Counted from the stretch's first letter, positions 26,811-40,548 are shown. The stretch is 64,000 nucleotides of DNA from Octopus bimaculoides (GCF_001194135.2 NC_068983.1:61118314-61182313); one strand, 5' to 3'. Numbers and translations are program-made. Notes: generated from the letters alone by a model not told the origin.

Positions 26811-27395
26811 GTCATCATCATCATTCAATGTCTGCTTTCCATGCTGGTATGTGTTGGACGGTTTGACATGGAGCTGGCCAGACTCTCAATTGTCTGTTGT
26901 GGCATGGTTTCTATGGTTGGATGCCCTTCCTAACACCAACCACTTAACAGAGAGTGTTGGGTGGTTTTTATGCATCACCGGCATGGGTGCATTTATGCAG
27001 CACTAGCATGGGTGTGTTTACGCAGCACTGGCATGGGTGCTTTTTATGTGGCACCACCACCTAAAAGGACAAGACTATGTGTGGAAGACAGCGATTTTAT
27101 TCAGATTGATGTGTTTTGTCAAGTACAGCAAATTGCCACATCTCCCAATCCCTTGTCATTTCCTCAGTGTGGCCCAGCATCTGAAGACCCTTTCTCACCA
27201 CTTTGTCCCATGTCTTCCTGAGTCTACCCCTTCCACAGGTTCCCTGCACAATTAGAGCTTGACACTTCTTTGCACAACTGTTCTCATCCATACACATCGC
27301 ATGACAAAACCAGTGCAGTCTTCTCTTTAGCACACATCTGATGCCTCTTATACCCAGTTTTTCTCTTAAATCACTTACACTCTCATGCATGCAAA
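26811..27395 (-). mobile_element. RTE LINE 3' end
   Basis: Peptide REKLGIRGIRCVLKRRLHWFCHAMCMDENSCAKKCQALIVQGTCGRGRLRKTWDKVV, then the 3' UTR and (ATG)n tail at 26811-26825. Confidence 0.85.
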
Positions 27396-27499
27396 TGATT
27401 TAAAAGAAAAACTGGGTATAAGGGGCATCAGATGTTGTGTACAAGATTGCACTGGTTTGGTCGTGTGATACATATGGATGAGGAGAGCTGTGTAAAGAA

Positions 27500-28060
27500 T
27501 ACTTTTACTGAGTCTGTGTCATTAAATCATTTCTGAAGATTACCAAATGGGTAGAAGTCAGAGGGTGCCAGATCTGGGTTGTATGGTGGGTGGGGGACCA
27601 CTGATCAACCTAATTTATCAAATGTCTGATTTATTGCCAAAGATGTGTGTAATTACATATTGTCATGGTGAACTTGGATTGTTTTTCAGATTCTTATTCA
27701 ATCTTTTCTTTCTAATGCCTTCTAGCTGTTTGAGTGTTTCATGGTAACTTTGTCATCCAAATTAGAGTCAACATGTGTTGACTGTTGAATTTCTTAGATC
27801 TTGGAAAAGAGATATGACACACTATTTCATAGACTGAGATTTTGCTTTCAGATCACAAAGACATGGTAGTGTTTCATTAGCTTCAAATACTTCCAGCGGA
27901 TCAAAGCAGACTTCCACCATTCTTTCCTTTAGATCAGGTGTCAACTGCTGATATACTCACTTTGTAGACATGTTCCAGTATCCAAAGTTTTCCACCATCT
28001 TCTATGATACAATCTGAACCAATTTTGTTTTACAACCAAGGTGTTAAAACAATAAAACGT
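27500..28060 (-). mobile_element. Degenerate mariner transposase remnant
   Basis: The minus strand encodes VVPHPPYNPDLAPSDFY (YSPDLAP motif) near 27545-27600; the rest is broken. Confidence 0.6.
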
Positions 28061-28808
28061 ATCTAATATACAAAAACAGTCTCTAAACTAATTATGTTTG
28101 AGTTGTGATTAAGAAATGTTACTATTATTATTTCAGTTAAATTATGTTTATTCTTATAAAAACATTTAAGCACTGTGCTACATTGATCAATTTGTTATAG
28201 CTTAAACATAGTTGTCAGTTGACTAATTAACTCTAAAAACTTATCATAACGGGAACATACTTTATAAATGCTTTTATCCAGAATCCTATGATGTAGAAAT
28301 TTTAAAATTTTGAAAATATAACACTATTTTAGTTTAATTATTGGATATTTTGGACAAAAATAGGAAATAAAAATGCTAAAATCAGTGTAATATAAAAGAG
28401 AATTGAAGAGCTCATTCTTCATGTCTGATCACACGGGTATTTTATCAAAATTGGTGGGCTTACTTTACTGTCCTGAAGTAAATATACTTCTGTGTATCAC
28501 AGTATTGTTTATTTTGTTTTTTCTTTCAAGCTACTGTTATATTGATAGATATTTTCCATCTTACTGTTTCCTTTCATGCTCTTGCGGTAAAACTATTTTT
28601 ACTCTACAATATATTTAACTGCAGTTAATGGAGAGATAACAGATGGTTTCTGCAGGGAATTGGATGCAAACTAGTCTTTAGTGACATGATAATAATAAAA
28701 ATAATTCATGCTAGCCTGGAAAATTGGTAATAATGATGATGATTTAATTTTGAATTTTTTTCTTATTTCTTGCAGTATTTCTAGTTCCATGTGCCTGAAG
28801 CCAGTGCT

Positions 28809-29814
28809 ATGCCATCAACCAGGAGTACAAGCTTATCTGATGATGACAAGAAACCTAATACGAGATCAAAGGGAGGGGGCAAGTCCTCACCCTGGCATGG
28901 AGGTAAAAACTCTCTACACCCATCTACAAAAACTTCTGCAAAAGCTACTTCAAAAGACAACAGGAATGAATCTGCTAAAACTATGTCAAAGGGTTTGACT
29001 TCAAAGAAAGTTCTCTCCTCTAAAACCAATTGTGAAAGCAACAATGAGAAGTCAAAATGTAAAGTCAGTATCACACCTGAAGCAAAAGATGTAGAGTCTG
29101 AAGTGCCTGCTGAGGACCAGTCATTACTTTTACCAAATTCTGAAGTTCATTCAGATGATAAACAACAAAACACAACGATTGACCCTCCTCAAAATAAAAC
29201 ATTTCAAGATTTTTCTGCTCAGTCTCAAAAAACAATCACAAAAGACAATAGTGACTCTTCAGACATTCCTGTGTCTTTGTTGCTGGACTCCAAAATGTCA
29301 CCTTCCAAAGAAATCAATCATATTAATGGAAGTGTTTTTCAAGAGAAGAGTACACATTTAATTAGCTTCTCTGAAAAGTGTAATACATCAGTGATTCTTG
29401 CTACTAAAGAGACCACTTCACTACAGTCATCTGATAAATTACTTGGGGAAGTTTCTAGATCTTCCTCTTCACTTTGTACATTATCTAATCAGATGAATGA
29501 GCAACTTGAACCTACTACAGACTGTATTAGTGAGCATCTTTCTGATTCTGCTGGTGAAGTCCACAATGAGGTAGCTAACTCAAACCAAACCAAACTTGAT
29601 GACATCAGTAATAGAAAGAATAATAAAGCGTGTGATAATAACCCTGCTACTGCTACTAAATTGAGTAAGTCTACAAACAACAATGAATTAGCTCAAGAAT
29701 CCTCTGAAGGAATTACAGTTCGAAAGAGTGGACGTAGGAGTATTCCAAATCGTAAATATTTGGACATGGAAACAGATTTCAGTTCAAGGAAATCCAAATC
29801 CACTACACCTACAG
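28809..29814 (+). CDS. C2H2 zinc-finger gene, coding exon 1 (low-complexity S/K/T-rich N-terminus)
   Basis: Acceptor TTGCAG at 28775, in-frame TAG at 28782, first in-frame ATG at 28809 (MPSTRS...), donor ACAG|GTAAGC (phase 1). If the AG at 28783-28784 is the acceptor, the CDS could begin in an upstream exon. Confidence 0.75.
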
Positions 29815-30149
29815 GTAAGCATGTCTTATTAGAGTGGTTGTGATGGTGAAGAGAGTACAGAACCAGATTAGAGACATTATAACACCGAGTCTGATACCAG
29901 ACTCAGTTGTTGCTTTCATTTTTCTGAATGTATCAAATAAGAATAAATCTAGTTAAATTTTTAGAGATTAAACACTTCAAAAAAAGTAGTTGAATGTAGT
30001 CAAAATTGAAACATCTTTAATGTTTATTGTAACTACCACTTAAGTTACATTCTGAGCCTTCTTCCTAAAGTTAGCAAGATCTTTGGTCTTTGATTAATCA
30101 GATTCTTGTCTTGCACCTTGAATCACTTGTGTTTTCTAACAATTACTCT

Positions 30150-31375
30150 GCTACTCAACTTCTGACTGATAAATGAACAGTCCTGTCATCTTTTAGATAA
30201 TTATTGTGAAGCAAGTATTGTTACTCTTGACATTTTGAAAGCATTTGACAAGATTTAGCATAGTAGTCTCCTACACATGCTTAAGTTATACAGAATTTCT
30301 GGAAGCATCCTTGGATCCTTAAATTTTTTCTAGATGAACATAGCATTAAAATAATTTTAAATGGCCATCACTCTTTTACTTCTTTGCATCTAATGTTCTT
30401 CTAGTTTCTCTTCTTCATCCTGAGCTTGTCCTTAGCTTTCATTAATGCTCTTCTGGATGATATCTTGTCTAACCTTGTCGTCTTTGCTGAGAGCACTGCT
30501 TTGTGTTTTTGCATGAATGAAAAGCTTGATTTGTCTCATTGGCTGGTTCTCTTGAGCTCAACTTTCACTCGGTGACTGATTGGGATGCATAGTGATGGAT
30601 TACTTTAAGTTTACAAAAACTAAACTTCTTTCCATTAATTGTTAAAGGAACTTTGATAATGTTCCTGTTTCTGTGTCTGATAAACTTCTTCCTGAGTTTT
30701 CTAGTTTTCATTTTTATAATATTTAACCTTTTCTAAAGATATAACTTGATATGATTATATTATTAGATATGTTGACAAATCAGCTGTTATGAAATTTAGA
30801 TCTCTTTATTGATCCCATCATTATCTTTCTTCCAAATATTATAAATCTTTATGTTTCGTATTTGTCCTTACATGAAATGCAGTTATCATGTTTGGGCTGG
30901 TGCTCCTACTAGTGTTCTTTTTCTCTTTGATTGAGTTCAAAAGTGATTTACTAACATTATTTGTCTTGTTTTAACAGCTAAACTTACTCTGTTTCTCATT
31001 CCTGTAACACTACCTCTTTATCTCTGTTTTTTAAATACTTCCATAGTTATTGTTCTGTTGAGTTTTCTTCTCTGTAGGTTACTAATCAGGTGGTTCACTT
31101 TTCTGTTAATTCTCATCCATTAACTTTTGTTGCCCCCTCAATGTGTCTATTCTAGTAGTTTCTTTCCTCGAATATCTGACTTATGGAATTCTCTTTCTTC
31201 TTTTGTCCCAGATAAATATGATCTTTACTTTTTTTTTAATTTTGTGTTGATCATTTTATGATTCTCAGAGCTTCTTCCCATTCTTTTTTTAACTCCTGAC
31301 ATTAATTGATTGCATTATTTGATATCTGTTTCATTGCTTGTTGCTGGCTGCCCTGGGAATGATTAAAAACAAATA
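30150..31375 (+). mobile_element. Old degenerate LINE (L2/Jockey-group-like) RT and 3' end, intronic
   Basis: Decayed motifs AFDKI.H..LL, FINALL, FAES (YADD equivalent) and HVWAGAPT. Confidence 0.6.
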
Positions 31376-31379
31376 AATT

Positions 31380-31545
31380 AGAAGAGAGATGGCAGAATTA
31401 ATAAAGGGCTTGAGGAATGCCTTGCAGTATTTAGTTATATCCTTTTACATTCTGAGGTCAAATCCTACAGGGGTCAATTATATAAATAATAGTCAACTAC
31501 TGGGTCTGATTTAATTAGCTTTTATAGTTAGAGACAAAAAAATTT
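31380..31545 (+). mobile_element. Degenerate tRNA-derived SINE
   Basis: GATGGCAGAATT...TTCTGAGGTCAAATCC...GGGTCAA matches the younger copies at 52361 and 56000. Confidence 0.55.
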
Positions 31546-33495
31546 ATTGGTGGAACAAACCCTTTAAGAATTGTGAATGAGCTGGATTTCATTTTCTATA
31601 TACATGACTTGGTGTGGGAAAGGAGTTTCATGGGTCTGCAGTGCAATAGTTCATACCTAAAATATTGACAACCCTTGCATGTGGTTGAAAGCATGGAGTG
31701 AGTAGGATGCTGTTTCATTGTATTTTCATGAGTTGGGAGAACAAAACTAAAATGTATTTTAAACAAATTATTAGTGATTAATTGACCACTGGTTAACTTT
31801 TAATTAAAAAATAAAAAAATAATTTGTTTTTTCTGCAAGAAGTTTCTGCTGTATTAGAATAGTTATTTGTTTTTCACATTTCACTGTACATATCCTCCCA
31901 CTCCCCTGTTATAATGTTGTAGCTCTTTCATCTCACATGTCACATTGTTATATTCACTCTCTTATATGCCACTGTGATGGATACAATCTCCCAAAGACTA
32001 GGTTTCCTCTCAAGGACCAGCATATACTGCAGCCCTGATCAAACCTAAGAGTACTACTCACATATATGAAACCATGCTTCTGCTCTACACACAAAGATCA
32101 AACCAAAGAAAGCTATTCAGCTGATTAGCGAAAGATTCACTCACATCTACTAGCTCATAGATACAGTTTCTTTTTGTTATTATATTATCTCTGTTCATTT
32201 GAGTTGTTAAGCTGCGTTCCCCATCCAATTAGGCACCTGCAAAACTTGTCTGCCTTTCTATCATTACCTATTGTATTTCACCCTTCAGATCATTACTATG
32301 TACTTTTGTCCAATCCTTCCTCCCAAGAACTACAGCCCTTTAAGATTACTTTCCTGTCAATATTTTAACCATAGACATCGATCTACATCAGCATCATTAA
32401 TCTGAAATTGTTTGAAAAGATTTTCAATCTTATTACTTTACTGGAATGTTTTGTTATTTATTTAAAAGCACCCTTTGTAAATACTCTAAAACACAATGGA
32501 AGGTAACAAGATCCCCAGGAGTAAATGTAAATTTGATGATGAACTAACAAAGTATATTGTCTAACTTATCCTGATATGTTTTACAAACAGTAGGATGTGG
32601 GCTTATGGTGAATGACAAGGGAGCAAATCAGTCAGTTGCAATAACCTTCCTATGACCTGCTAGAAACAGCTACCAACCTTCCTCATATCACATGCAAGCA
32701 TCTTTAAAAGAAGTGGAAGGACAATGTGTGACTAGACGGTCACAGTGCAGTCTATTTGGGATATTGCCATTGCAGGTGGAACCTCCCTTGTTCATGATTT
32801 ATCTTCAATTCTTCACAATCTTGGAAGAAAAACTAATTTCCACATTGGAATGCTGAATACTGCTAATTTAGAGCAATTAGAAGCAAATACTTGAATGATT
32901 TTGCTAGGTACTGTTGGCTGAATTAACTTATTAGCTTTATTATCATAAAGCCATTATAGCACTATGTACTATGATTTTCATTTTCATTATTTTGTAATAA
33001 AATTATATATCATTGCATAGGAAACTCTTGTTGTAGCTTGGTCAATGATTCTGTGTCATTGTGTATAGAGATTCTTAATACACAATATTATTTTAAAATT
33101 AAAATGATCATAATAATGTAAAAGTGAATATTAACAGTGTTTATGTGTGTTTGTAATATTGGGTGGATCAGAGTTGGTTGAGTGTCAGCAAAACACCTCA
33201 TATTTGGTTTCATCTTTTTATATTCTAAATTCATTTCACATTCTGGTCCACTTCTGGTGGGTGGGTGTTACTATTCAGTCAATGAAGTTTCAGCATGATC
33301 ACATTTAGTCCATTGACTAAAATCAGTATGAATAGTAATTAAAGAACAATGACTCTACAATAATCCAATTATTTATGTCTCAATGCATTATTCCAGATTT
33401 AATTACTTGCCATACAAGTGTAACTCATAAAACATAAGTAAGGAATTCAGAAGAGTGTTTTGTGCCTTTAAAAAAAATCATACCTTAGCTAAACA

Positions 33496-34040
33496 TCATC
33501 ATCATCATCATCATTTAGCATCTGCTTTCCATGCTAGCATGAGGGAAACAGTTTGACTGAAACTGGTAAGCTGGAGATCTGCACCAGGCTCCAATCTGAT
33601 TCGGCAGAGTTTCTACAGCTGGATGCCCTTCCTAACACCAACCACTCCAAGAGTGTAGTGGGTGCTTTTTATATGACACTGGCATCGGCCACAACTTTGA
33701 TTTCACTTGGCTTGACCAGTCATGTCAAACATGGCATATTAATAAAGGTCTGGGTCACTTACCACCACCATGGGGCCCAACATTTGAAGGGTGCTTTTTA
33801 CATGCATGGCACAGGTGCCTGTTATGTGACACTGACATCGGCTACAACTATGGTTTCACTTGCTTTGATGAGTCTTCTCAAGCATGGCATATTGCCAAAG
33901 GTTTCGGTCACTTGTCATTGCCTCTGTGAGGTCCAACATTCAAAAGATCTTGCTTCACCACTTCGTCCTATGTTTTCCTGGGTCTACCACTTCGTCCCAT
34001 ATTTTCCTGGGTCTACCACAGGTTTTCCACAGTTAGAGAT
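33496..34040 (-). mobile_element. RTE LINE 3' UTR/tail fragment
   Basis: (CAT)n followed by TTTAGCATCTGCTTTCCATGCTAGCATG, the same tail family as 50830-51055. Confidence 0.75.
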
Positions 34041-34494
34041 CAGCACTTTTTTACACAGATAAATGTTATAAATGTATTTTCAAAGATAAAATGAAGTCTC
34101 AAAATAATGAGTCACAGAATCAGTTAAATGAACTTCTATAGATGATGATGATGATGATGATGATTAAGCAAAGGTCAGTAGATTTACAAAAGAAATAAGA
34201 TGATGATAACATGTCATCTAGAATTTGCATTGTTTCATTAACAGTGAGATCTCGTAAAAGTCATTTATAATTTCCGTCATCAATAAACAAGCAAATTGAG
34301 TGATTTATATAATTTTGTTAATGTATGCTTTATAAATAATTAGAAATTATTTTCTATTTGGTGATAATGTATTTTATATGTAATCCAAAATTTGATTTAG
34401 TTTTGTAAGTAATCTATTATATACTTTTCAAAATTAAGTTTCAAATTTACTCTGAAAAACAAAAAAATCCATTGAATTTTATTCTATTTGGTAT

Positions 34495-35930
34495 CATTAT
34501 CATCGTCATTGTTTAATGTCTGCTCTCTATGCTGGCATGGGTTGGATGGTTTGACTGAGGACTGGCAAGCCAGGAGGCTGCACCAGGCTCCAATCTGATT
34601 TGGTAAGGTTTCTACTGTTGGATGGCCTTCCTAACACCAACCACTCCGAGAGTGTACTGGGTGTCTTTTTCATGCCACCAGTATGGGGGCCAATCAGGTG
34701 ATACTGGCATCGACTACTTTTTACGTGCTACTGTCAGGCAGTACTGGCATTGACCATGATCAAATGGTGCTTTTTACATGCCACTGGTGCAGGTGCTAAT
34801 CAGGCGGCATTGGCATCGGCCACGACTATGATTTCATTTGACTCAACAGGTCTTCTCAAGCACAGCATATTGTCCAATGATTGAAGGGTATTTTTAAATG
34901 GGCCAGTTATGTGAAATTGGCATCGGCCACAACTATGATTTCACTTGGCTTGCCAGGTCTTCTCAAGTACAACATATCTCCAATGGTCTCGCTCGCTTGT
35001 CATTACCTCTGTGAGACCCAACGTTTGAAGGTTGTGCTTGACCACCTCATCCCATGTCTTCTTGGGTCTACCTCTTCCACAGGTTCCTTCCACTGTTAGG
35101 GTGCGACACTTCTTCATACAGCTGTCCTCATCTACGCGCAACACATGACCATACCAGCGTAGTCATCTCTCTTGCACACCACATCTGATGCTTCTTATGT
35201 TCGACTTATCTGTCAGAGCACTTTCACTCTGTTGTGTATGCACACTGACATTACACATCCAGCAGAGCTTACTAGCTTCATTTCTTTCAAGCCTATGCAT
35301 GTCCTCAGCAGTCACAACCCATGTTTCACTGCCATGTAGCATGGCTGTTTGCACACATGCATCATACAGTTTACCTTTCACTCTGAACAAGAGGCCCTTT
35401 GTTGCCAGCAGAGGCAGGAGCTCTCTGAATTTTGCCCAGGCTATTCTTATTCTAGCAGCTACACTCTGAAAGCATCCACCCTGCTACTGACTTGGTCACC
35501 TAGGTAACAGAAGCTATCAACTACTTCTAGTTTTTTTCCCCTGGCATGTGATGGAATCTGTTTTCTGTACATCTTTGGTGTTTATTGCCCCTGTGCATCT
35601 GCCACACACAAAAACTATCTTTCCAGTTAACCTTCCTTTGATATTGCTGCGCTTCTTATATGTCCGTAACTTACACCGGGTACATCTTATGGAGTTTCTA
35701 CCTATGCCTTTTCTACAGATTGAGCAGGGCCATCTACCTGAAGGGATTTGTCATTTGTCTGCCTTCCTACTTATTAAGACTTTGGTTTTTGCTAGATTGA
35801 CTCTTAAGCCCTTTGATTCTAGACCTTGCTTCCATACCTGAATTTTCTTCTCTAGTTTTGGTATTGACTCAGCTATTAGAGCAAGGTCATCAGCATAGAG
35901 GAGCTCCCACGGTTAGCCTGTCTTGAATTC
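34495..35930 (-). mobile_element. 5'-truncated RTE LINE (RT C-terminal half to tail), frameshifted
   Basis: ELLYADDLALIAESIP, RVKGKLYDACVQTAMLHGSETW and GRGRPKKTWDEVVK, followed by the 3' UTR. Confidence 0.9.
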
Positions 35931-36139
35931 CTCTGTTATTCCCGGGATAACTATGATGAATAAGAAGGGGAGCATTGACTCTACTTACATTGTTTCATTA
36001 TTTGATCTGAAAGTATTTTTTTATATACTTAGAAAGTTAAACTTGGATTAAAATAAAGTAGCATACTCCTTAGATTTTCTTAAAATATTTTTTAAAGGTG
36101 TTCTTAAGCATTTAATTGAAACATTAATTTTTGTTACAG

Positions 36140-36200
36140 AAAAAAAGCCTCCAAAATCTCCACAGACTACCAAAACATCAAAAGCTGCTCAAAATTCTGG
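36140..36200 (+). CDS. Zinc-finger gene, coding exon 2 (61 nt, EKKPPKSPQTTKTSKAAQNSG)
   Basis: TTACAG|A acceptor and TGG|GTAAAA donor; phase 1 in and phase 2 out joins exons 1 and 3 in frame. Too short for the ORF track. Confidence 0.8.
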
Positions 36201-36362
36201 GTAAAATATTTTCTATTCACATTTCAGCTGTTCATTAATGAGCTCATTGTTATTCTCTTCTAAAACTAAAACTGATTGCCTTATTTTGTTTTTTAAAGCT
36301 ATCTTATTCTATCAATAACATTTGAGATTTATATTTTTACATTTATTTATTTTTTATTTTAG

Positions 36363-38127
36363 TGCCTCACTCATGAAAAGGAAATTAGATTTAACTCCTG
36401 AAAAGATACCTGATAAAAAATACAAATTACAAGCAGAAGAACCTGTTGACAAATCACCTGTAAAACAACATAAAACCCCCAAACCCCAACCTCCAAATTC
36501 ATCAACATTTTCTAAAAAGCCTGAACCCCAACAAAATGTTATTAGTTCTCTGGATAACTCTGTAAAAACTCCCTCTTCATCTGTTCCCACACTTGATTCA
36601 CCCACACAGATCAGTTTAGATAATACTCCTGTCATGTCTGTATTAAAAGATGCCAATGAAAAGGTTTCAAATGCTATGGTTCAAAACATAGTTCAGTCAT
36701 TCTCTCCTTGTCAGATGGAGAAGGTATCTGATCTCATAATGACTACATCTACCACTACTTCTGAGCAATCTCTTCAAGAGGAGGTTCAGCCTACAATTAC
36801 AGCAGAAGCAGAAACTCCTTGTGCAACCATTGGTACCAATTCTTTAGAGAGTTTTAATGTTACTACAGACAATTCTGATTCTATTTTAAGCAAACATATT
36901 TCTGAAAATATTCAAATCTTTCAAAATATTCAAAAAGATCCAAAACTGAAGGAAGACCAAATACAAATAACACTTCCTTCTCAGGTGGAAGAGAGTATTC
37001 CTGAAGAAATGCAACATGAAAAGTCTATTTCTAAATCATTAGATAAGTCTGATAGCAAAGCAGATCATGTTATTATTGTCCACCAAGAGCAACAGCTCGA
37101 TCAAAGTTCTGAATTCTTTATAGGAGACAAGGAATTGATTCAGAAAGATCTCTGTGAAAATAATGTAAATAATGAACTTAATTCAGTTGACCAATTTAGT
37201 TCAATTCCAACAGTTGATTTACAAAACTCCATCCCATCTTCTGTAGTAGAACCTTCTTACGATGTTGAGGTGTCATTACCTTCTGCAAAACCTATCATAA
37301 CCTTTGCTGAACAGCTACCCCATACCTCCCCATACACAGTTTCACTTTTGAACAATAGCAGTAAAGATAAGGAAGCAGTTGAATCTCTCATGAACGAAAC
37401 CAGCATTTCTGAGAAAGTGTTAGAAACACCAAATGTAATGATGTGTTTGTCATCAGGTGGAGCAGAGCTTGTCTCTGGAAGCATGGCTCTTGATGTCGCG
37501 ACACATGACGATGCTCAGAGGTTGGAGACAGAGGCAGCAATTCAAGAAATAACTGCTTCATTTACGCAAACATTTAATGGTAATGACATTGTTGTTACAT
37601 CTGAAAAAGATACCATCCCAAAGTCCTCTCTGTCATTGGCTGAAGCTGCCAAGATGGTAGCTGAATCTCAGACTATTGTTGACTTGCAAGAGGAAGTTAC
37701 ATTACCGATAAGTTCTCTCTCACATTGTACAGTACAGCAAATCTCAGAAACTACCAGCTCTATTGCTAGTAATAATTCAAATGGAGTGCCACCCACTGCT
37801 GTTGCCTCTACTCAGACACCTTTACAGCTACCCAGGAAAGGAGTCAACTCAGCTAAAGTCGGTTCCATTATTAAGTCTTTACCTTTGAATGCATCAGGTC
37901 ACTCCAAACTGAATGATAAATTAGATGTAGAAGATGAGTGTAATGATGATGAGGAGGATGAAGAAGAAGAGGAAGAGGAGGATGAAGAGGAAGAAGAAGA
38001 AGAAGAAGAAGGTATTGATGCAGCAGACGTTCCCAATCAGAAATTAACTCAGGAGTTCATTATAGTTCATTTACCTGAAGGAACGCAAATTAAGAGGCAA
38101 CGTGTGGATCATAGAAGTAAAGAAGAG
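36363..38127 (+). CDS. Zinc-finger gene, coding exon 3 (disordered S/E/Q-rich region with a poly-Asp/Glu tract)
   Basis: Part of the 609-aa ORF; TTTTAG|T acceptor (phase 2) and GAG|GTATTT donor (phase 0). Confidence 0.88.
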
Positions 38128-38489
38128 GTATTTATTTTTTTTTTGTGTTAAACAACCTCTTTTTTTTATCTCTCTTATTATAAGTGTAATAATTTGTCAG
38201 AGATGCATTCTGAAAAATGCATGCTCATATGCACACACATAAAGAGAATGTTTTCATGCACTGGTGCAAATTGATAAGTGTGCAAAGTACTATTGCTGGT
38301 GGAAATATGTTTAGTTTGGTAATTTATCTTTATCGGTGGTAACTGAAGATATTAGTCTACACCTACCTTCTTATGCAATTTGTTTTATGTCATCATTGTT
38401 GAAAGAATGAAAGTGAAAGTGGCCAATTTTAAAATTAGAGTGGCAGAAATGGGTAGGTGGAAGGTGACACATGACAATCATTGTTATCT

Positions 38490-38890
38490 TTTCTTTTATC
38501 TTTTATCTTTTACTTGTTTCAGTCATTAGACTGTGTCCCTGCTGGGGTGCTAGCTTGAAGAACTTTTAGTCAAATGAATCAACCCCAGTATTTTTTTAAG
38601 GCTTGCTAGTTATTCAATCAGTCTCTTTTGCTGAACCACTAAGTTATGAGGATGTAAACACATCAACACCAGTTGTCAAGTGGTAGTGGGGGAAAACACA
38701 GAACAAAGACCACACACACCTATATACAAGCTTCTTTCAGTTTCCATCTACCAAGTCCATTCACAAAACTTTGATTGGCCCAAGGTTATAGTGGAAGACA
38801 CTTGCCCAAGATTCCACTTTCCCAGTGGGACTGAACCTGGAACTATGTGGTTGGGATGCAAGCTTCTCACCACACAGCCATGCCTGTGCC
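38490..38890 (-). mobile_element. tRNA-derived SINE (long family ending in ACAAGTAAAAGA repeats)
   Basis: Reverse-complement match to the SINE at 58212-59177. Confidence 0.75.
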
Positions 38891-39035
38891 TATAGTGGAA
38901 TTTTTTTTAGAGATGTAGAAGTTTTATTACAAAATTGTCCACCATCGATTTGCATTTTGTTCTTTTATCAAAGATAAGCAATACTGTTAACTTGTTAGAA
39001 ATTTGTAATCAATGTTGATGATTTATATTTTTCAG

Positions 39036-39144
39036 GGTCTAGTTGGTGTGAGAGTTGATGTAAATGGCTGTTATAAATGTACAGAATGTGACTATTGTAC
39101 AGTAAAGAAGGTAAACTGGTATAAACATCGAAAGAAACATTTAG
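39036..39144 (+). CDS. Zinc-finger gene, coding exon 4 (finger 1: YKCTECDYCTVKKVNWYKHRKKH)
   Basis: TTTCAG|G acceptor and TAG|GTTAGT donor; 109 nt, phase 0 in and phase 1 out. Confidence 0.92.
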
Positions 39145-39837
39145 GTTAGTAAAATCATTTAACAGTATATTATATTGCTCTTGTACTTAACTACATAGAA
39201 TTAAGCTATTATTTGTATATATATTTATAATGGTAATATTTGTTTTTATGTTTAGTTATAATAAGAACAATTTTACATTAATCTGAAGGGTTAATCTGTA
39301 GAGCACAAATTTATTACTCTTAAACACGAATATTGTTGACAGTAACTTCGAAGTTTCAGCCTGTTAAGCCATGTTGTTCATCTTTCAATTTCTTTTTTGT
39401 GTAATGTATAAATGTAAATACCTCTAGCAGCTCCAAGAATCAGTGTTTTAGTTTCATGTTGAGTAGGAGATATACAAATCTCCTCATGGATAAGATGTTT
39501 GTCTGTCGTAGGCAATCTGGTACCTTTTCTTCTAGCCTAGACTGATAATAAAGTATTTCTGACCATGGCATTATAAAATGCATAAAATAATAATTCCTCT
39601 CAATTTAATTTTGTGAATTCCATAACTGTGATAAAGAAGTTAAGCTGACTTTAGCATAATTTGATATCCCAATCAAAAATTACTTAAGTCTTTACATAGT
39701 TATCATTAAGTTCATTAGTTCAACAAACTTTTTACTGATGCTAGTAGTAATGTTACTTTCAGCATCTGTGTTACTGGGTATACAACTTAATTTTCTTTAG
39801 TCTTGATCTCATTTTGTGATGAGAATCATGAATATTT

Positions 39838-40370
39838 ATCATCATCATCATCATCATTTAATGTCCGTTGTCCATGCTGGCATGGGTTGGATGATTTGAC
39901 CAGGGCTGGTAATATGAGGGGCTGCACCAGATTCCAGTCTGATTTGGCTGGATGCCCCTCCTAACACCAACCACTCTCCAAATGTAATGGGTGCTTTTAT
40001 GTGCCACCGGCATGGGTACCAGTATCTGTCACAACTACAATTTCACTCAGCTCGATGGATCTTCCTTCTCAAGCACAGCATACTGTCAAAGGTCTCAGTC
40101 ATTTGTCATTGTCTCTGTGAGGCCCAGTGCTTGAAAGGTGCTTTTCATGTGCCACCTGCACAGTTGCCAGTTCTGCGACACCAGCATCAGCCACATTGCC
40201 TCCATGAGGCCCAATGCCCAAAAGGTGCTTTTTACATGCTACTGGCATGGGTGTCTGTTACAGGACACCAACAATGGCCACATCTATGATTTCACTTGGG
40301 TTGATGGTTCTTCACAAGCACAACATATCACCAAATGTCTTGGCCACTAGTCATTGCTTCTGTGAAGGTT
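39838..40370 (-). mobile_element. RTE LINE 3' UTR/tail fragment, intronic
   Basis: (CAT)n followed by TTTAATGTCCGTTGTCCATGCTGGCATGGG. Confidence 0.75.
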
Positions 40371-40548
40371 TTCTGAGGCTCAACAGTGAATTAGGTAAAG
40401 TACCAGACTCTTACATCATGTTGTATTTTCACCCAGAGAATAACTCACCTCTATGTGTCTAATGAAGAAATCATAATTTGAAACTTCAATGTATTTATGA
40501 ACTTCTCTTTTCTTGTTAAAATTAATTTTAAATCTGTTTCAAACCTAG

